64,000 nucleotides of DNA from SAR86 cluster bacterium SAR86B. GTDB lineage: Bacteria > Pseudomonadota > Gammaproteobacteria > Magnimaribacterales > Magnimaribacteraceae. The stretch spans positions 11,362 to 75,361 of the forward strand of contig CAJJAM010000017.1 in NCBI GenBank assembly GCA_905182235.1, in the 5' to 3' direction. The notes under the pieces are model-generated. The model was not told the DNA's origin, made no database searches, and saw nothing but the letters and a program-made list of their open reading frames with translations. Shown here piece by piece: positions 20,770-30,620 of the stretch (positions are counted from its first letter, which is position 1; each line of letters opens with the position of its first letter). A program made the position numbers and the translations under genes.

Positions 20770-22615
20770 CTGACTCTTGAAGTTTTTGGTATTTATCAAT
20801 GATTGATTTTGCAATAGGAGCAGCAACAGCACTTCCCGACTCCCCATTCTCAACTATCACTACGACTGTTAAATTAGGATTTGGTATTGGCCCATAACCT
20901 ACAAAGAGAGCATGATCTCTCTTCTTGATATCTTTTCGAACATTTTCATATTCTTCTTGAACAGTTAAATTTTCTTCAGTCATACTTTTAATCTGAGCCG
21001 TACCGGTTTTTCCTGCTATCAAGAAGTCTTCTGGGTTATAAATATTATGGGCTGTTCCATTCCAAGACCTGATGACAGAAATCATTGATTCTTCTAACTT
21101 TTTCCAGTTGCGTTCCTGTTTGATTTCAACCTGGTACAAGAGTTCAGGCTCAATAAAAGTTTCATCAACCTTTTCTACTATATTTGGTTTATAGGCCCTC
21201 CCTTTAGTAGCTAAAACAGAAACAGCTACAGCAAGCTGAAGCGGTGTTGTGGTTATATAACCTTGACCAATTCCTAGATTAATAGTGTCACCAACAAACC
21301 AAGAATCTCCGGTCCTTCCTAGCTTCCAATTTCGACTAGGTAAAAGACCTTCATCTTCTCCTGTCAGGTCAATACCAGTCTTTTGGCCAAAACCAAATAG
21401 CTTTAGAAAAGAATGAATTTGGTCTACTGTTGTCTTAGAAGCAAGTTCATAAAAATAAACATCGGATGACTCAATTATTGCTTTGTTTAAATCCACTGTT
21501 CCATGACCTTCTTCTTTCCATCCTCTGTATTTTCTTCCTTCTTCTTGAATTTGAAAAAAACCTTCATCTTCAATTTTTGTATTCCAATTAATTATTCCGC
21601 TTTCTAAACCCAGTAATCCTAAAAAAGGTTTTAAAGTTGAAGCGGGAGGGTAATTGCCAGAAATAGCTCTATTAAAGAACGGAGCATTAGTATCAGAATT
21701 TAAGGATCTCAAATCTCCTTCAGCAGTTTCATTAAAAATATTAGGATTGTAGTCTGGGGAACTAACCAAGACTTTTACTAGCCCATTATTAGGATCAATG
21801 GCCACTACAGCGCCCTTCCTTCCCTTTAATCCTTTCCTGGCAAGTTCTTGAAGTTCTTGATCTAAGCTAAGGAATATATTCTTTGCTTTCGTTGGTAAAA
21901 CTTTCTCCAACTCTCTTACTTCCTTTCCGTGCACATCAACCTCTACAGTCCTGTACCCCACCTTTCCTCTTAATTCATTTTCATAAGTTTTTTCTATTCC
22001 TGACTTTCCTAATCTAGAGTTTATAGAATATCTATATTCTTCATCATCTTCTCTCTCTTGGCGTGACACAGCACCCGTATAACCAAGAACGTGGGAAAAT
22101 AAAGAATTATCTATTACGTATCTTTTTAAATAAGCTTCTAGATCTGAAGAAGGCCACCTTTCTTTATTTACCAAGTATTTTGCTACTTGTTCTTCTGTAA
22201 GATCATCCATCAAAATAATATTCATATTTCTTGGATTAGAAGATAGAACTTTGTAAAAAGTACGAACAACCTCTTCCGGTATCCCAATAGTTTTTTGAAT
22301 ATCTACGATCGTAGAATCTATATCAGCAGTACTCTTGAAATTAATTGTAAGTTGTTGAGCAACTATGTTCTCTACTAATAATCTATTACTCTTAGCCAGA
22401 CCAATAAGGCCTCTTGAAGGATAGACCGGGACTCTAATAATTCTATTCTTTTCTGATTCTGTAGCGTAATTTTCTTGGTCTATTACTGTAAGCTTTACAA
22501 TTTGAAGAACCCCTGCCAACGAAACAAAAAAAAGAAAACCTAAAATTATTCTTGATCTTCTTTTAAGCCCTTTAAGACTTGCTTCTTGGCCTTGCAGATC
22601 AGAAATCTTAAACAT
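20762..22615 (-). CDS. mrdA: Penicillin-binding protein 2 (elongasome transpeptidase)
   Basis: The start is trimmed to MFKISDLQ, leaving a 2-nt gap (22616..22617) after the rlmH stop. It has STLK (SxxK), SSD (SxD) and KTGTA (KTG) motifs and a single N-terminal TM segment. Confidence 0.92.
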   Translation of the reverse strand: MFKISDLQGQEASLKGLKRRSRIILGFLFFVSLAGVLQIVKLTVIDQENYATESEKNRIIRVPVYPSRGLIGLAKSNRLLVENIVAQQLTINFKSTADIDSTIVDIQKTIGIPEEVVRTFYKVLSSNPRNMNIILMDDLTEEQVAKYLVNKERWPSSDLEAYLKRYVIDNSLFSHVLGYTGAVSRQEREDDEEYRYSINSRLGKSGIEKTYENELRGKVGYRTVEVDVHGKEVRELEKVLPTKAKNIFLSLDQELQELARKGLKGRKGAVVAIDPNNGLVKVLVSSPDYNPNIFNETAEGDLRSLNSDTNAPFFNRAISGNYPPASTLKPFLGLLGLESGIINWNTKIEDEGFFQIQEEGRKYRGWKEEGHGTVDLNKAIIESSDVYFYELASKTTVDQIHSFLKLFGFGQKTGIDLTGEDEGLLPSRNWKLGRTGDSWFVGDTINLGIGQGYITTTPLQLAVAVSVLATKGRAYKPNIVEKVDETFIEPELLYQVEIKQERNWKKLEESMISVIRSWNGTAHNIYNPEDFLIAGKTGTAQIKSMTEENLTVQEEYENVRKDIKKRDHALFVGYGPIPNPNLTVVVIVENGESGSAVAAPIAKSIIDKYQKLQESDV

Positions 22616-22617
22616 TC

Positions 22618-23085
22618 TTAACGATGATAAGGGTGGTTCTGTGTGATTGACCACACCCTATAGACCTGTTCAATAATAAGGACAGGGACAATTGCATGAG
22701 GAAAAGTTAAAGGTGAAAGAGACCAGCTTTCATTGCATTTATCTAAACATTCTTGACTGACTCCGTCAGGTCCACCTATTAAAAAAGTAAGGTTATTTGC
22801 TGACATAAGCCAGTTCTCAAACTTAGATTTTAAACCAAGTGTATTAAAACTTTTACCTGACTTATCTAAACACACTAAATAATCTTTTTCTTTAGTAGCG
22901 GACAAAAGCAGATTACTTTCTTGAACAATAGCTTTATCAACATTGTAGTTAGGGTTTCTTTTAATGGGTTTAAGACCTTGCCAGTTCACATTAATAGATC
23001 TATCAAATCTAGAGGAATAATCTTGAAAGGCTTCGCTTGCCCAACCGGGCCTACTACTTTCTATAGCAAGAAAGTTGATATTCAT
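22618..23085 (-). CDS. rlmH: 23S rRNA (pseudouridine1915-N3)-methyltransferase RlmH
   Basis: 155 aa, SPOUT fold. The FLIGGPDG and HPYHR C-terminus are typical of RlmH. It sits in rsfS-rlmH-mrdA synteny. Confidence 0.9.
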   Translation of the reverse strand: MNINFLAIESSRPGWASEAFQDYSSRFDRSINVNWQGLKPIKRNPNYNVDKAIVQESNLLLSATKEKDYLVCLDKSGKSFNTLGLKSKFENWLMSANNLTFLIGGPDGVSQECLDKCNESWSLSPLTFPHAIVPVLIIEQVYRVWSITQNHPYHR

Positions 23086-23412
23086 TTAAAGGTCTGGATC
23101 CCATAAGCTTTCAAGATCATAAAAATCCCTAGCTTGGCTGGTCATAAGGTGAACAATCACATCTCCTGCATCAACTAAGATCCAATCGTCTCCTATTCTT
23201 CCTTCCACTCTTACATGTTTGATTTTATTAGACTTTAAACCGTCTATTACACTTTCACTAATAGCCTGAATATGCCTACTTGAAGTACCAGAAGCAATTA
23301 ACATGTAGTCAGTCATTGAACTCAATTTTTGCACATCTAATGCAACTGGATCTACTGCTTTTAGATCAATCAAGCTATCAAGAACTATATCTCTCATCTT
23401 TGAAGTGTTCAT
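23086..23412 (-). CDS. rsfS: Ribosome silencing factor RsfS
   Basis: 108 aa with DYMLIASGTSSRH and DWILVDAGDVIVHLM...R.FY.LE.LW motifs. It overlaps nadD by 4 nt. Confidence 0.9.
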   Translation of the reverse strand: MNTSKMRDIVLDSLIDLKAVDPVALDVQKLSSMTDYMLIASGTSSRHIQAISESVIDGLKSNKIKHVRVEGRIGDDWILVDAGDVIVHLMTSQARDFYDLESLWDPDL

Positions 23413-24050
23413 ATGGCCTTAGTATACAATTTTCCTGAATCTATATAGTCACTTACATCCTCTAAAATTAAGTCATTAACTGTCTCACCAGAAGCTAAAT
23501 TGCTTCTTACTTGAGTTGACGAAATATTTACAGGGTCAATGTCAACAACAAGGATTTTACCCTCACCTTGATTCAGGTCATCAATATTTGATGTTTGTTT
23601 GTCCTTAATAAGGATCCCAGCCTGACTGGCTGGATCTATTTTGGAACCTGGCCTTACCATGACCAGTATATTAATTATTTTAATAAACTCTTCCCATTCA
23701 AACCAACTATCTATTTCTGAAAATGCATCTGAACCCATAACCCAAACTACATTGTGTTGATGAAACTCCTCCAAAACTTCCTTAGCTGTATGAATTGCAT
23801 ACGAAGGACCTTCTCTGTGAATTTCTCTCTCATCAATTGAAATTTGATCGATGCCTTTAAAAGCAAGATTCACCATCTCAAGCCTGTCATTGTTAGAACA
23901 AACTGAAGTACGATGAGGCGGCTGGCCATTAGGTATGACCTTGATTTCATCAAAGGGTATCAGTTCTAAGAGATTCTGAATTATCTTAGTATGGCCGTTG
24001 TGCACAGGATCAAATGTACCTCCAAATACGCCAATTAATTTAGATATCAT
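23409..24050 (-). CDS. nadD: Nicotinate-nucleotide adenylyltransferase
   Basis: 213 aa with GVFGGTFDPVHNGH (the HxGH nucleotidyltransferase motif) and ISST.VR. Confidence 0.92.
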   Translation of the reverse strand: MISKLIGVFGGTFDPVHNGHTKIIQNLLELIPFDEIKVIPNGQPPHRTSVCSNNDRLEMVNLAFKGIDQISIDEREIHREGPSYAIHTAKEVLEEFHQHNVVWVMGSDAFSEIDSWFEWEEFIKIINILVMVRPGSKIDPASQAGILIKDKQTSNIDDLNQGEGKILVVDIDPVNISSTQVRSNLASGETVNDLILEDVSDYIDSGKLYTKAI

Positions 24051-25319
24051 TTAAGTGCCTCTTATCTGCGCCTTACCCTTAACAATGTATTTTTGTGAAG
24101 TCAGGCCTTCAAGCCCAACGGGTCCTCTTGCATGAATCTTATCTGTTGATATGCCAACTTCAGCACCTAAACCGTATTCAAATCCATCGGCCCAGCAAGT
24201 AGGTACGTTATGCATAACTGAACTTGAATCAACCTTTCTCATAAAATTCTCAGCACTATTTTCATTGGAAGTAACTATTGAATCTGTATGAGCCGAACCA
24301 AACTTATTAATATGATTAATAGCAGAATCAACGTCCTCAACTAATTTAACTGAAAGGATGGGAGCTAAATATTCCGTTACCCAGTCTTCATCGGTTGCTA
24401 GTTGAGTATTAATTATCTTGCAAGTTTTTTTACAGCCTCTTAATTCAACACCAGCATCAAGAAACTTAGAGCTTAATTCGGGTAATATTTTTGTAGCTAT
24501 TTCTTCATGTATTAAAAGAGTTTCCATGGCTCCGCAGATACCATATCTGTAGGTTTTTGCATTAAATGCGATGCTTATTGCCTCATCCAAGTCAGCATCT
24601 TTATCAATATAAACATGACATATGCCATCCAAGTGTTTTATTACCGGTATTCTTGCCTCTTCTGAAATCAACTTTACCAACCCTTTTCCTCCGCGAGGAA
24701 TGATAACGTCAACGAATTCTTCCATTCTTAATAAAGCAGTTACGGCCTCTCTGTCAGTTGTATTTACAACTTGAATAAGGTTTTCAGATAAGTCCGCTCT
24801 TATTAATCCTTGATTTAAGCATTCAGCAATAAGTGAATTTGATAAAATTGCTTCAGAACCTCCCCTTAAAATACATGCATTGCCTGATTTTAAACATAAT
24901 GCAGCAGCATCTGCAGTTACGTTTGGTCTGGATTCATAAATGATTCCCACGACACCCAGAGGCACTCTCATCTTACTAATTTCTAATCCCGAAGGGGTGG
25001 GTTTCATTTCTTCTATTTCCCCTACCGGATCCGGCAGGCTTGCAACTATTTTGAGACCGGAAATCATTCCATCAATCCTTTCATCGGTTAGTTCAAGACG
25101 ATCGATCAAGGCATCTCCGATTGCTTTATTTGTTGCTTTCTCTAAATCAACTTTATTGCTCTGTAAAATCTCATTTCTACGAGAATCTATTGCCTCTGCC
25201 ATGTAAAGAAGGGCATTGTTTTTTACCTCTGAAGAAACTGTTGCTAAGTCTCCAGCAGCGCTCTTGGCAGCTGCACCGAGGCGGTTCATATAATGATTTA
25301 TATCTTTACTATCTTCCAT
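24051..25319 (-). CDS. proA: Glutamate-5-semialdehyde dehydrogenase
   Basis: 422 aa with [13 protein letters not shown], the catalytic Cys context ([12 protein letters not shown]) and the HA...P.GL.. C-terminus. An alternative start at M11 (25289) aligns better with the E. coli ProA N-terminus. Confidence 0.94.
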   Translation of the reverse strand: MEDSKDINHYMNRLGAAAKSAAGDLATVSSEVKNNALLYMAEAIDSRRNEILQSNKVDLEKATNKAIGDALIDRLELTDERIDGMISGLKIVASLPDPVGEIEEMKPTPSGLEISKMRVPLGVVGIIYESRPNVTADAAALCLKSGNACILRGGSEAILSNSLIAECLNQGLIRADLSENLIQVVNTTDREAVTALLRMEEFVDVIIPRGGKGLVKLISEEARIPVIKHLDGICHVYIDKDADLDEAISIAFNAKTYRYGICGAMETLLIHEEIATKILPELSSKFLDAGVELRGCKKTCKIINTQLATDEDWVTEYLAPILSVKLVEDVDSAINHINKFGSAHTDSIVTSNENSAENFMRKVDSSSVMHNVPTCWADGFEYGLGAEVGISTDKIHARGPVGLEGLTSQKYIVKGKAQIRGT

Positions 25320-25364
25320 AACTAAATATTCTATAGGAAAGCTTATTTAAATAGTGATTATAAG

Positions 25365-25967
25365 ATGTTTGATATAGATGGAGTAATTCTGTGGTTACAG
25401 CAAAACCCAGAGTGGATCGCTTGGGGTTTATTTATATCAGCTTTTATAGAATCTTTTGCAATTATTGGGATATTCATCCCGGGGGTTGTTCTACTTGCCT
25501 TAATTGCAGGAATGGCTGCTTCGGCAGATATGCACATAGCCTCTGTTTTAATAATCGTCTACTCTGCAAGTTGTTTGGCTGACGTATCCAGTTTTCTTAT
25601 TGGAATAAAGTTATATAAAAAAATTGATTCTATTTGGCCATTTAAAAATAACCCTGGCTGGCTCAAAAAAGGAAGAGAATTTTTTAAGACGTATGGGATC
25701 TTAGGAGTTTTCGTAGGAAGGTTTATAGGTCCCGTAAGGCCGGTTATGCCAATCACGGCAGGATCAATGGGAATGAAATTTAAACACTTCTTGGGTGTGG
25801 ACCTTTTTTCAGGATTGATATGGGCTCCGTTGTACTCTTTACCAGGCTACTTTGCTGGAAAAATTGTTTTCAAGAATACGGACAGCATTTACCTTCTCTT
25901 GGGGCTTTCAGTTATTCTCATTCTAGTTGTGTTAATTTTTAAGAAAATCTTTCACAACAGAACTTGA
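25365..25967 (+). CDS. DedA family inner-membrane protein
   Basis: 200 aa, polytopic, with the DedA-type F(V/I)GRFIGPVRPVMPITAG motif. Confidence 0.85.
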   Translation: MFDIDGVILWLQQNPEWIAWGLFISAFIESFAIIGIFIPGVVLLALIAGMAASADMHIASVLIIVYSASCLADVSSFLIGIKLYKKIDSIWPFKNNPGWLKKGREFFKTYGILGVFVGRFIGPVRPVMPITAGSMGMKFKHFLGVDLFSGLIWAPLYSLPGYFAGKIVFKNTDSIYLLLGLSVILILVVLIFKKIFHNRT

Positions 25968-25980
25968 CTTAGAGTCAAGT
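25962..25980 (+). terminator. Short perfect hairpin spanning the DedA stop codon (ACTTGACT-tag-AGTCAAGT), no U-tract
   Basis: It has an 8-bp perfect stem and a 3-nt loop, read directly from the sequence. There is no downstream T-run, so its role as a terminator is doubtful. Confidence 0.25.
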
Positions 25981-26023
25981 CTAACGATTATAGTCAGTGT
26001 TTATTAAATAAAAGGAGTAAATT

Positions 26024-27163
26024 TTGTCACAAGAGAATTCAAAAGAGATCAGATCAAATGTAACTAGCGATGGGAATATAGAAATTTCTATAGCTTCGGT
26101 AGAAAAACCTAAACCAGCAGAAAACGAGGTTTTAATAAAAGTAGAAGCCTCTCCTATAAACCCTTCAGATTTAGGTCTACTAATCAGCTTTGCAGCTGAT
26201 CTTGATAGTCTTAATGTTACAGGCTCTGGCGATGAGACTGTTGCAAAAATGAAAGTACACCCAGGCCTGATGAAAGCCATGGCACCAAGATTGGATCAAT
26301 CCATGAAAGTCGGAAATGAGGGCGGTGGAGTGATTGAAGGCGCAGGCACGGGCGCTGAGGACCTAATAGGAAAAACTGTTGGAGTTGCTGGTGGCGCTAT
26401 GTATTCACAATACAGGTGCGTTCCGGCTAGCAGTTGCTTGGTCATGGATGACAGCACGACTTCAGCGGAAGCAGCCTCTTCTTTTGTTAACCCTTTAACC
26501 GTATTAGGATTTATTGAAACCATGAAAATGGAAAATCACACCGCCATATTGCACACAGCAGCTGCATCCAATTTAGGACAGATGCTTGTAAAAGTCTGTA
26601 AAGACGACTCAGTGCCTCTTGTAAATATTGTTAGAAAATCTGAACAAGTTGACCTTCTTAAAAATCTTGGTGCAGAGCATGTATGCAACACTAGTGAGCC
26701 TGATTTTATGGACAGTTTGGTGAATGCGTTAGTAGCAACAGGTGCAACTTTAGGCTTTGATGCTACCGGAGGAGGAAACGAAGGTAAACTTGCTGGTCAA
26801 ATACTATCAGCCATGGAAATAGCAGCCAATAAAACTGCTAAGGAGTACAGCAGATACGGATCCGATACCTTCAAACAGGTCTATATCTATGGAGGATTAG
26901 ATCAATCACCCACCATTTTAAATAGGTCTTTTGGTATGCAATGGGCCCTTGGTGGATGGCTCTTAACACCTATGATAGGTAAAATTGGTATGGAGAGATT
27001 TCAACAGATGAGAGAAAGAGTTGCCAAAGAGATTAAAACAACTTTTGCCAGTCATTACACTCAAGAAGTATCTTTTGAAGAAATGCTTCAGCCGGAAACC
27101 ATTAAAGCTTATGCCAAACAAGCAACTGGTGAAAAATACCTAGTAACGCCTCACAAGTCCTAG
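26024..27163 (+). CDS. Medium-chain dehydrogenase/reductase family oxidoreductase (quinone reductase-like)
   Basis: 379 aa with a TTG start 6 nt after AAGGAG. It has the N-terminal GroES-like fold pattern (VLIKVEASPINPSD) and a Rossmann segment (AAASNLGQMLVKV). Confidence 0.75.
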   Translation: MSQENSKEIRSNVTSDGNIEISIASVEKPKPAENEVLIKVEASPINPSDLGLLISFAADLDSLNVTGSGDETVAKMKVHPGLMKAMAPRLDQSMKVGNEGGGVIEGAGTGAEDLIGKTVGVAGGAMYSQYRCVPASSCLVMDDSTTSAEAASSFVNPLTVLGFIETMKMENHTAILHTAAASNLGQMLVKVCKDDSVPLVNIVRKSEQVDLLKNLGAEHVCNTSEPDFMDSLVNALVATGATLGFDATGGGNEGKLAGQILSAMEIAANKTAKEYSRYGSDTFKQVYIYGGLDQSPTILNRSFGMQWALGGWLLTPMIGKIGMERFQQMRERVAKEIKTTFASHYTQEVSFEEMLQPETIKAYAKQATGEKYLVTPHKS

Positions 27164-27185
27164 AAAAAGTAATCAAGAGAGAATT

Positions 27186-28145
27186 ATGGGAGAAATTGCA
27201 AAAGTAAACGATATCGATATTTGGTGGGAAGAATACGGGGAGAAATCCAATCCCACTGTTCTGCTAATAATGGGGGCCAATGCCAATTGCATGCAATGGC
27301 CAAATAAATTCATAGAAGGATTGGTAGCAAATGATCTGCACGTTGTGAGATTTGACAACAGAGATGTTGGTAAAAGCACTTGGTTCAACAAAGAACCTTT
27401 TGTTTCTAAAGTTGCAAGACTTCTGCCGTTGAGTATTTCTAGTAAATTAATCAATTATGTCTTCACTGCTATGACGGATGATGAAGGAAACTTTACTCCA
27501 GCAGAAGGATCTAATGCCAAATACGATCTTAATGATATGGCAAAGGACACCATCGCTTTAATGGATCATCTAAATATAGATAAAGCTCATATAGTAGGTG
27601 CATCCATGGGAGGAATGATCACTCAGATCATCGGCTTAGACTATCCAGAAAGAACCCTAACTTTAACACCGATCATGTCTAGTCCTGGCATGGGAGATCC
27701 TGATCTGTCAGGAATGACGCCGAATCTTGTTGAAGGAATGAAAGAATCATTCTTGCTGAATATTCAAGGTAAGTATGAAGATGGGGTTGTGAGAATATAC
27801 AAAGAACTAACTGGTTCAAGATTTCCTTTTGATGAAAATAAATTTAGGGAAGAAATGGAGGCTTATATGACCCATGGATATAACCCGCATGCTGGACATG
27901 GCGAGGCTGTTGGTGCCAGCCCTAACAGAAAGGAAAGACTTCATGAAATTAAAGTCCCTACTCTGGTCATACACGGGACAGAAGATGCCATACTTCCTTT
28001 GGATCATGGCATGGTGTTAGCCGACAATATTCCTAATGCCAAAAGTTACATCATGGAAGGTGTTGGTCATGAAATTCCTGAACAACTACTTCTAGAAATT
28101 ACTACCGAAATGGTTACTTTATTTAAGCAGACCAACGACTATTAG
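27186..28145 (+). CDS. Alpha/beta hydrolase (cytoplasmic paralog)
   Basis: 319 aa with no signal peptide. It has the nucleophile elbow GASMGG, the DNRDVGKS motif, and C-terminal HGTEDAILP ... GVGHEIP (Asp/His of the triad). Confidence 0.8.
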   Translation: MGEIAKVNDIDIWWEEYGEKSNPTVLLIMGANANCMQWPNKFIEGLVANDLHVVRFDNRDVGKSTWFNKEPFVSKVARLLPLSISSKLINYVFTAMTDDEGNFTPAEGSNAKYDLNDMAKDTIALMDHLNIDKAHIVGASMGGMITQIIGLDYPERTLTLTPIMSSPGMGDPDLSGMTPNLVEGMKESFLLNIQGKYEDGVVRIYKELTGSRFPFDENKFREEMEAYMTHGYNPHAGHGEAVGASPNRKERLHEIKVPTLVIHGTEDAILPLDHGMVLADNIPNAKSYIMEGVGHEIPEQLLLEITTEMVTLFKQTNDY

Positions 28146-28172
28146 GTACTTTGTAAATTAAAAAAGCACCGA

Positions 28173-29180
28173 ATGAGAAAGGTTCTATTATTCATCCTTT
28201 TATTTAATGCCATTGGCCTTTCCTCTAGCGAGAAAGGCCAGGTCTCTCCTCTAAATGGTATAGATATATGGTGGCAGACTCACGGAGATTCTAAGAATCC
28301 TGCTGTTTTATTGATCATGGGGTTAAATTCTAATAGTAAAGTCTGGTCTGAAGATTTAATTCAGAATTTAGTTGAAGAAGATTTTTATGTTGTTGTTTAT
28401 GACAATCGCGATATTGGTAAAAGCACCTGGGTCACCGAAGAACCTTTTCTTATAACTTTTATAAAAATTCTTCCTACCTTCGCTATAGAAGCTTTTGTCG
28501 ATTCTATTTTTGATTTTATCTTTGATGATGACGGTCGTTTTAATATGGAAGCAGCTCCAGCAGAATATAACCTTAATGATATGGCATTGGATGGTCTTTC
28601 ATTGCTTGACCATTTAGGTATAAAGGAAGCTCATATAGTGGGCGCTTCAATGGGAGGCATGATAGCTCAAGTCATGGCTCTAAATTATCCAAAAAGGGTC
28701 TCAACCCTTACCGCAATAATGACAACTCCAGGATTCGATACTCAAGGACTGTCAGGACCCAATGAAGTATTTAAAATAGCCATGAAAAAATCTTTTGTGT
28801 TGAATTTACTAGAAAAAGAAGAAGAGGCGCTAGTTGTTATAGAAAGAGCCTTAACGGGATCAAGATTTCCTTTTAATGAAAACAGTTTTAATGAAAAAGC
28901 AAAAAAAAGGGTCAACCAAGGTATTAATACGTCGAATGCTCAAACTGCAGCTGTAGGTGCTAGTCCTAATAGGTTTATTCGATTAAAAGAAATAGGAATG
29001 CCTACTTTGATTATTCATGGGACAGAAGACCCTCTAATCCCTATTGATCACGGGATGTTGTTAGCTGATAATATACCTGGAGCTAAAAAATTGATTCTTA
29101 AAGGTGTGGGGCACGAAATTCCAGATGAATTACTTACTGAAATCATTCCTGTCATGTCAGCTCATTTTAAATTAAATTAA
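28173..29180 (+). CDS. Alpha/beta hydrolase (exported paralog of 27186..28145)
   Basis: 335 aa with a signal peptide (MRKVLLFILLFNAIGLSS). It is collinear with its neighbour and shares GASMGG, DNRDIGKSTW, GSRFPF.EN, AVGASPNR, HGTEDP.IP and GVGHEIP. Confidence 0.8.
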   Translation: MRKVLLFILLFNAIGLSSSEKGQVSPLNGIDIWWQTHGDSKNPAVLLIMGLNSNSKVWSEDLIQNLVEEDFYVVVYDNRDIGKSTWVTEEPFLITFIKILPTFAIEAFVDSIFDFIFDDDGRFNMEAAPAEYNLNDMALDGLSLLDHLGIKEAHIVGASMGGMIAQVMALNYPKRVSTLTAIMTTPGFDTQGLSGPNEVFKIAMKKSFVLNLLEKEEEALVVIERALTGSRFPFNENSFNEKAKKRVNQGINTSNAQTAAVGASPNRFIRLKEIGMPTLIIHGTEDPLIPIDHGMLLADNIPGAKKLILKGVGHEIPDELLTEIIPVMSAHFKLN

Positions 29181-29205
29181 GATAAAGAAAAATAGAAGGT
29201 AAAAA

Positions 29206-30615
29206 ATGACACAAGCTTATCCGGACCATCCAAACTTAAACGACAACTATGCCCCCCTAAGAATGGAGTGTGAAGTAAATGATTTAATTGTAGAAGGTGA
29301 GATTCCTCAAGATCTATATGGCAGTTTCTACAGAAACGGGCCGGACCCTCAATTCCCTCCCTTGGGGCAGTACCATTGGTTTGGTGGTGACGGTATGGTT
29401 CATGCCTTTCATTTTGAGAATGGAAAAGTCTCCTATTTAAATAGATGGTCAAAAACTTCTAAATGGCAACAAGAGCGGAAAGCAGGTAAGTCTCTTATAG
29501 ATGGTTTAAACCCAATGAACTCAGATCCGCAATGGGATCCAAAAGGCGAAGATGGGACAGCTAATACCAACATAGTATTTCATGCAGGGAAATTGTTAGC
29601 CCTAGAAGAGGGACATGTTCCTTTTGAGTTAGATCCCATAACTTTAGAATCGAAAGGTGCTTATGATTATGGAGGTAAATTAAAATCTCCAATGACAGCA
29701 CATCCTAAGATTGATCCTATTTCAGGAGACATGTACGGATTTAGTTATACCGCAGAAAACTTCTTCAGTTCTAAAATGAGTTATTTTGTTATCAATTCTC
29801 AGGGTGAACTGAAAACCTATGAAGAATTTGAAGCACCCTTTGCAAGCATGGTTCATGATTTTATGGTCACTGACCAGCACATTATCTTTCCTATTTTTCC
29901 TCTGACTATCGATTTTGATAGAGTCGTGAAAGGTCAGTCACCAATTGCCTGGGATCCTGATAAAGGAACACATGTTGGTGTTATGCCAAGAAATGGCAGT
30001 GTTGACGATATTCAATGGTTCGATAATGACGCGAGATATGTCTTTCATCCAATGAATGCTTACACCAAAGACGGAAAGATTATCGCGGATGTGATGCAAT
30101 TTGAAGAAGCACCTTTGTTTCCTCATGCTGATGGCGCTAAAGGCGACCCGAAGAATGCCGAGGCAAGATTGAATCGGTGGGAAATAAATCTAGAATCTAA
30201 TTCCAAATCCTTCAAATCAGATTACTTAGATGAAGATATGGGCGAATTCCCACGCCTCGATGAAAGACTAAGTATGCTTGAATATAGACATGGGTATTAC
30301 GCTTCAGGAATTGGTGAACGCCCTAATGGCTATAGTTTTAATTCCGTTGTTCATCGTGATCACTTAAAAGGAACAAAAGAATCCTATACGTTAAATAAGT
30401 ATGACACTCTGGGTGAGCCGGTGTTTATTCCGAGAAATGAAAAAGCAGAAGAAGGTGACGGCTATCTATTGACAATTGCTCACCGAGGAATTGAAAACAG
30501 ATCTGACTTATTAATTTTAAATGCTAATGATGTAAGCAAAGGGCCCATAGCAACTGCAAGGCTTCCTCATAGAATTCCTCATGGCTTTCACGGAAACTGG
30601 CGTCAAGGTAACTAA
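29206..30615 (+). CDS. Carotenoid oxygenase family dioxygenase (apocarotenoid / lignostilbene-type)
   Basis: 469 aa with the four family His contexts present (TAHPKIDP, VHDFMVTD, VFHPMNAY, PHGFHGNW) and the N-terminal NYAP...G.IP.DL.G.FYRNGP motif. Confidence 0.88.
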   Translation: MTQAYPDHPNLNDNYAPLRMECEVNDLIVEGEIPQDLYGSFYRNGPDPQFPPLGQYHWFGGDGMVHAFHFENGKVSYLNRWSKTSKWQQERKAGKSLIDGLNPMNSDPQWDPKGEDGTANTNIVFHAGKLLALEEGHVPFELDPITLESKGAYDYGGKLKSPMTAHPKIDPISGDMYGFSYTAENFFSSKMSYFVINSQGELKTYEEFEAPFASMVHDFMVTDQHIIFPIFPLTIDFDRVVKGQSPIAWDPDKGTHVGVMPRNGSVDDIQWFDNDARYVFHPMNAYTKDGKIIADVMQFEEAPLFPHADGAKGDPKNAEARLNRWEINLESNSKSFKSDYLDEDMGEFPRLDERLSMLEYRHGYYASGIGERPNGYSFNSVVHRDHLKGTKESYTLNKYDTLGEPVFIPRNEKAEEGDGYLLTIAHRGIENRSDLLILNANDVSKGPIATARLPHRIPHGFHGNWRQGN

Positions 30616-30620
30616 AAAAT

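Noticed and set aside
25981-26523. Minus-strand ORFs 25981..26280 and 26296..26523.
   Set aside because: They are antisense to the MDR oxidoreductase gene, which has a good RBS (AAGGAG) and family motifs. Their translations are low-complexity.
29177-29452. A 91-aa minus-strand ORF spans the hydrolase/oxygenase junction.
   Set aside because: It is antisense to the 5' end of the carotenoid oxygenase gene and has no motif. The plus-strand genes tile this region completely.
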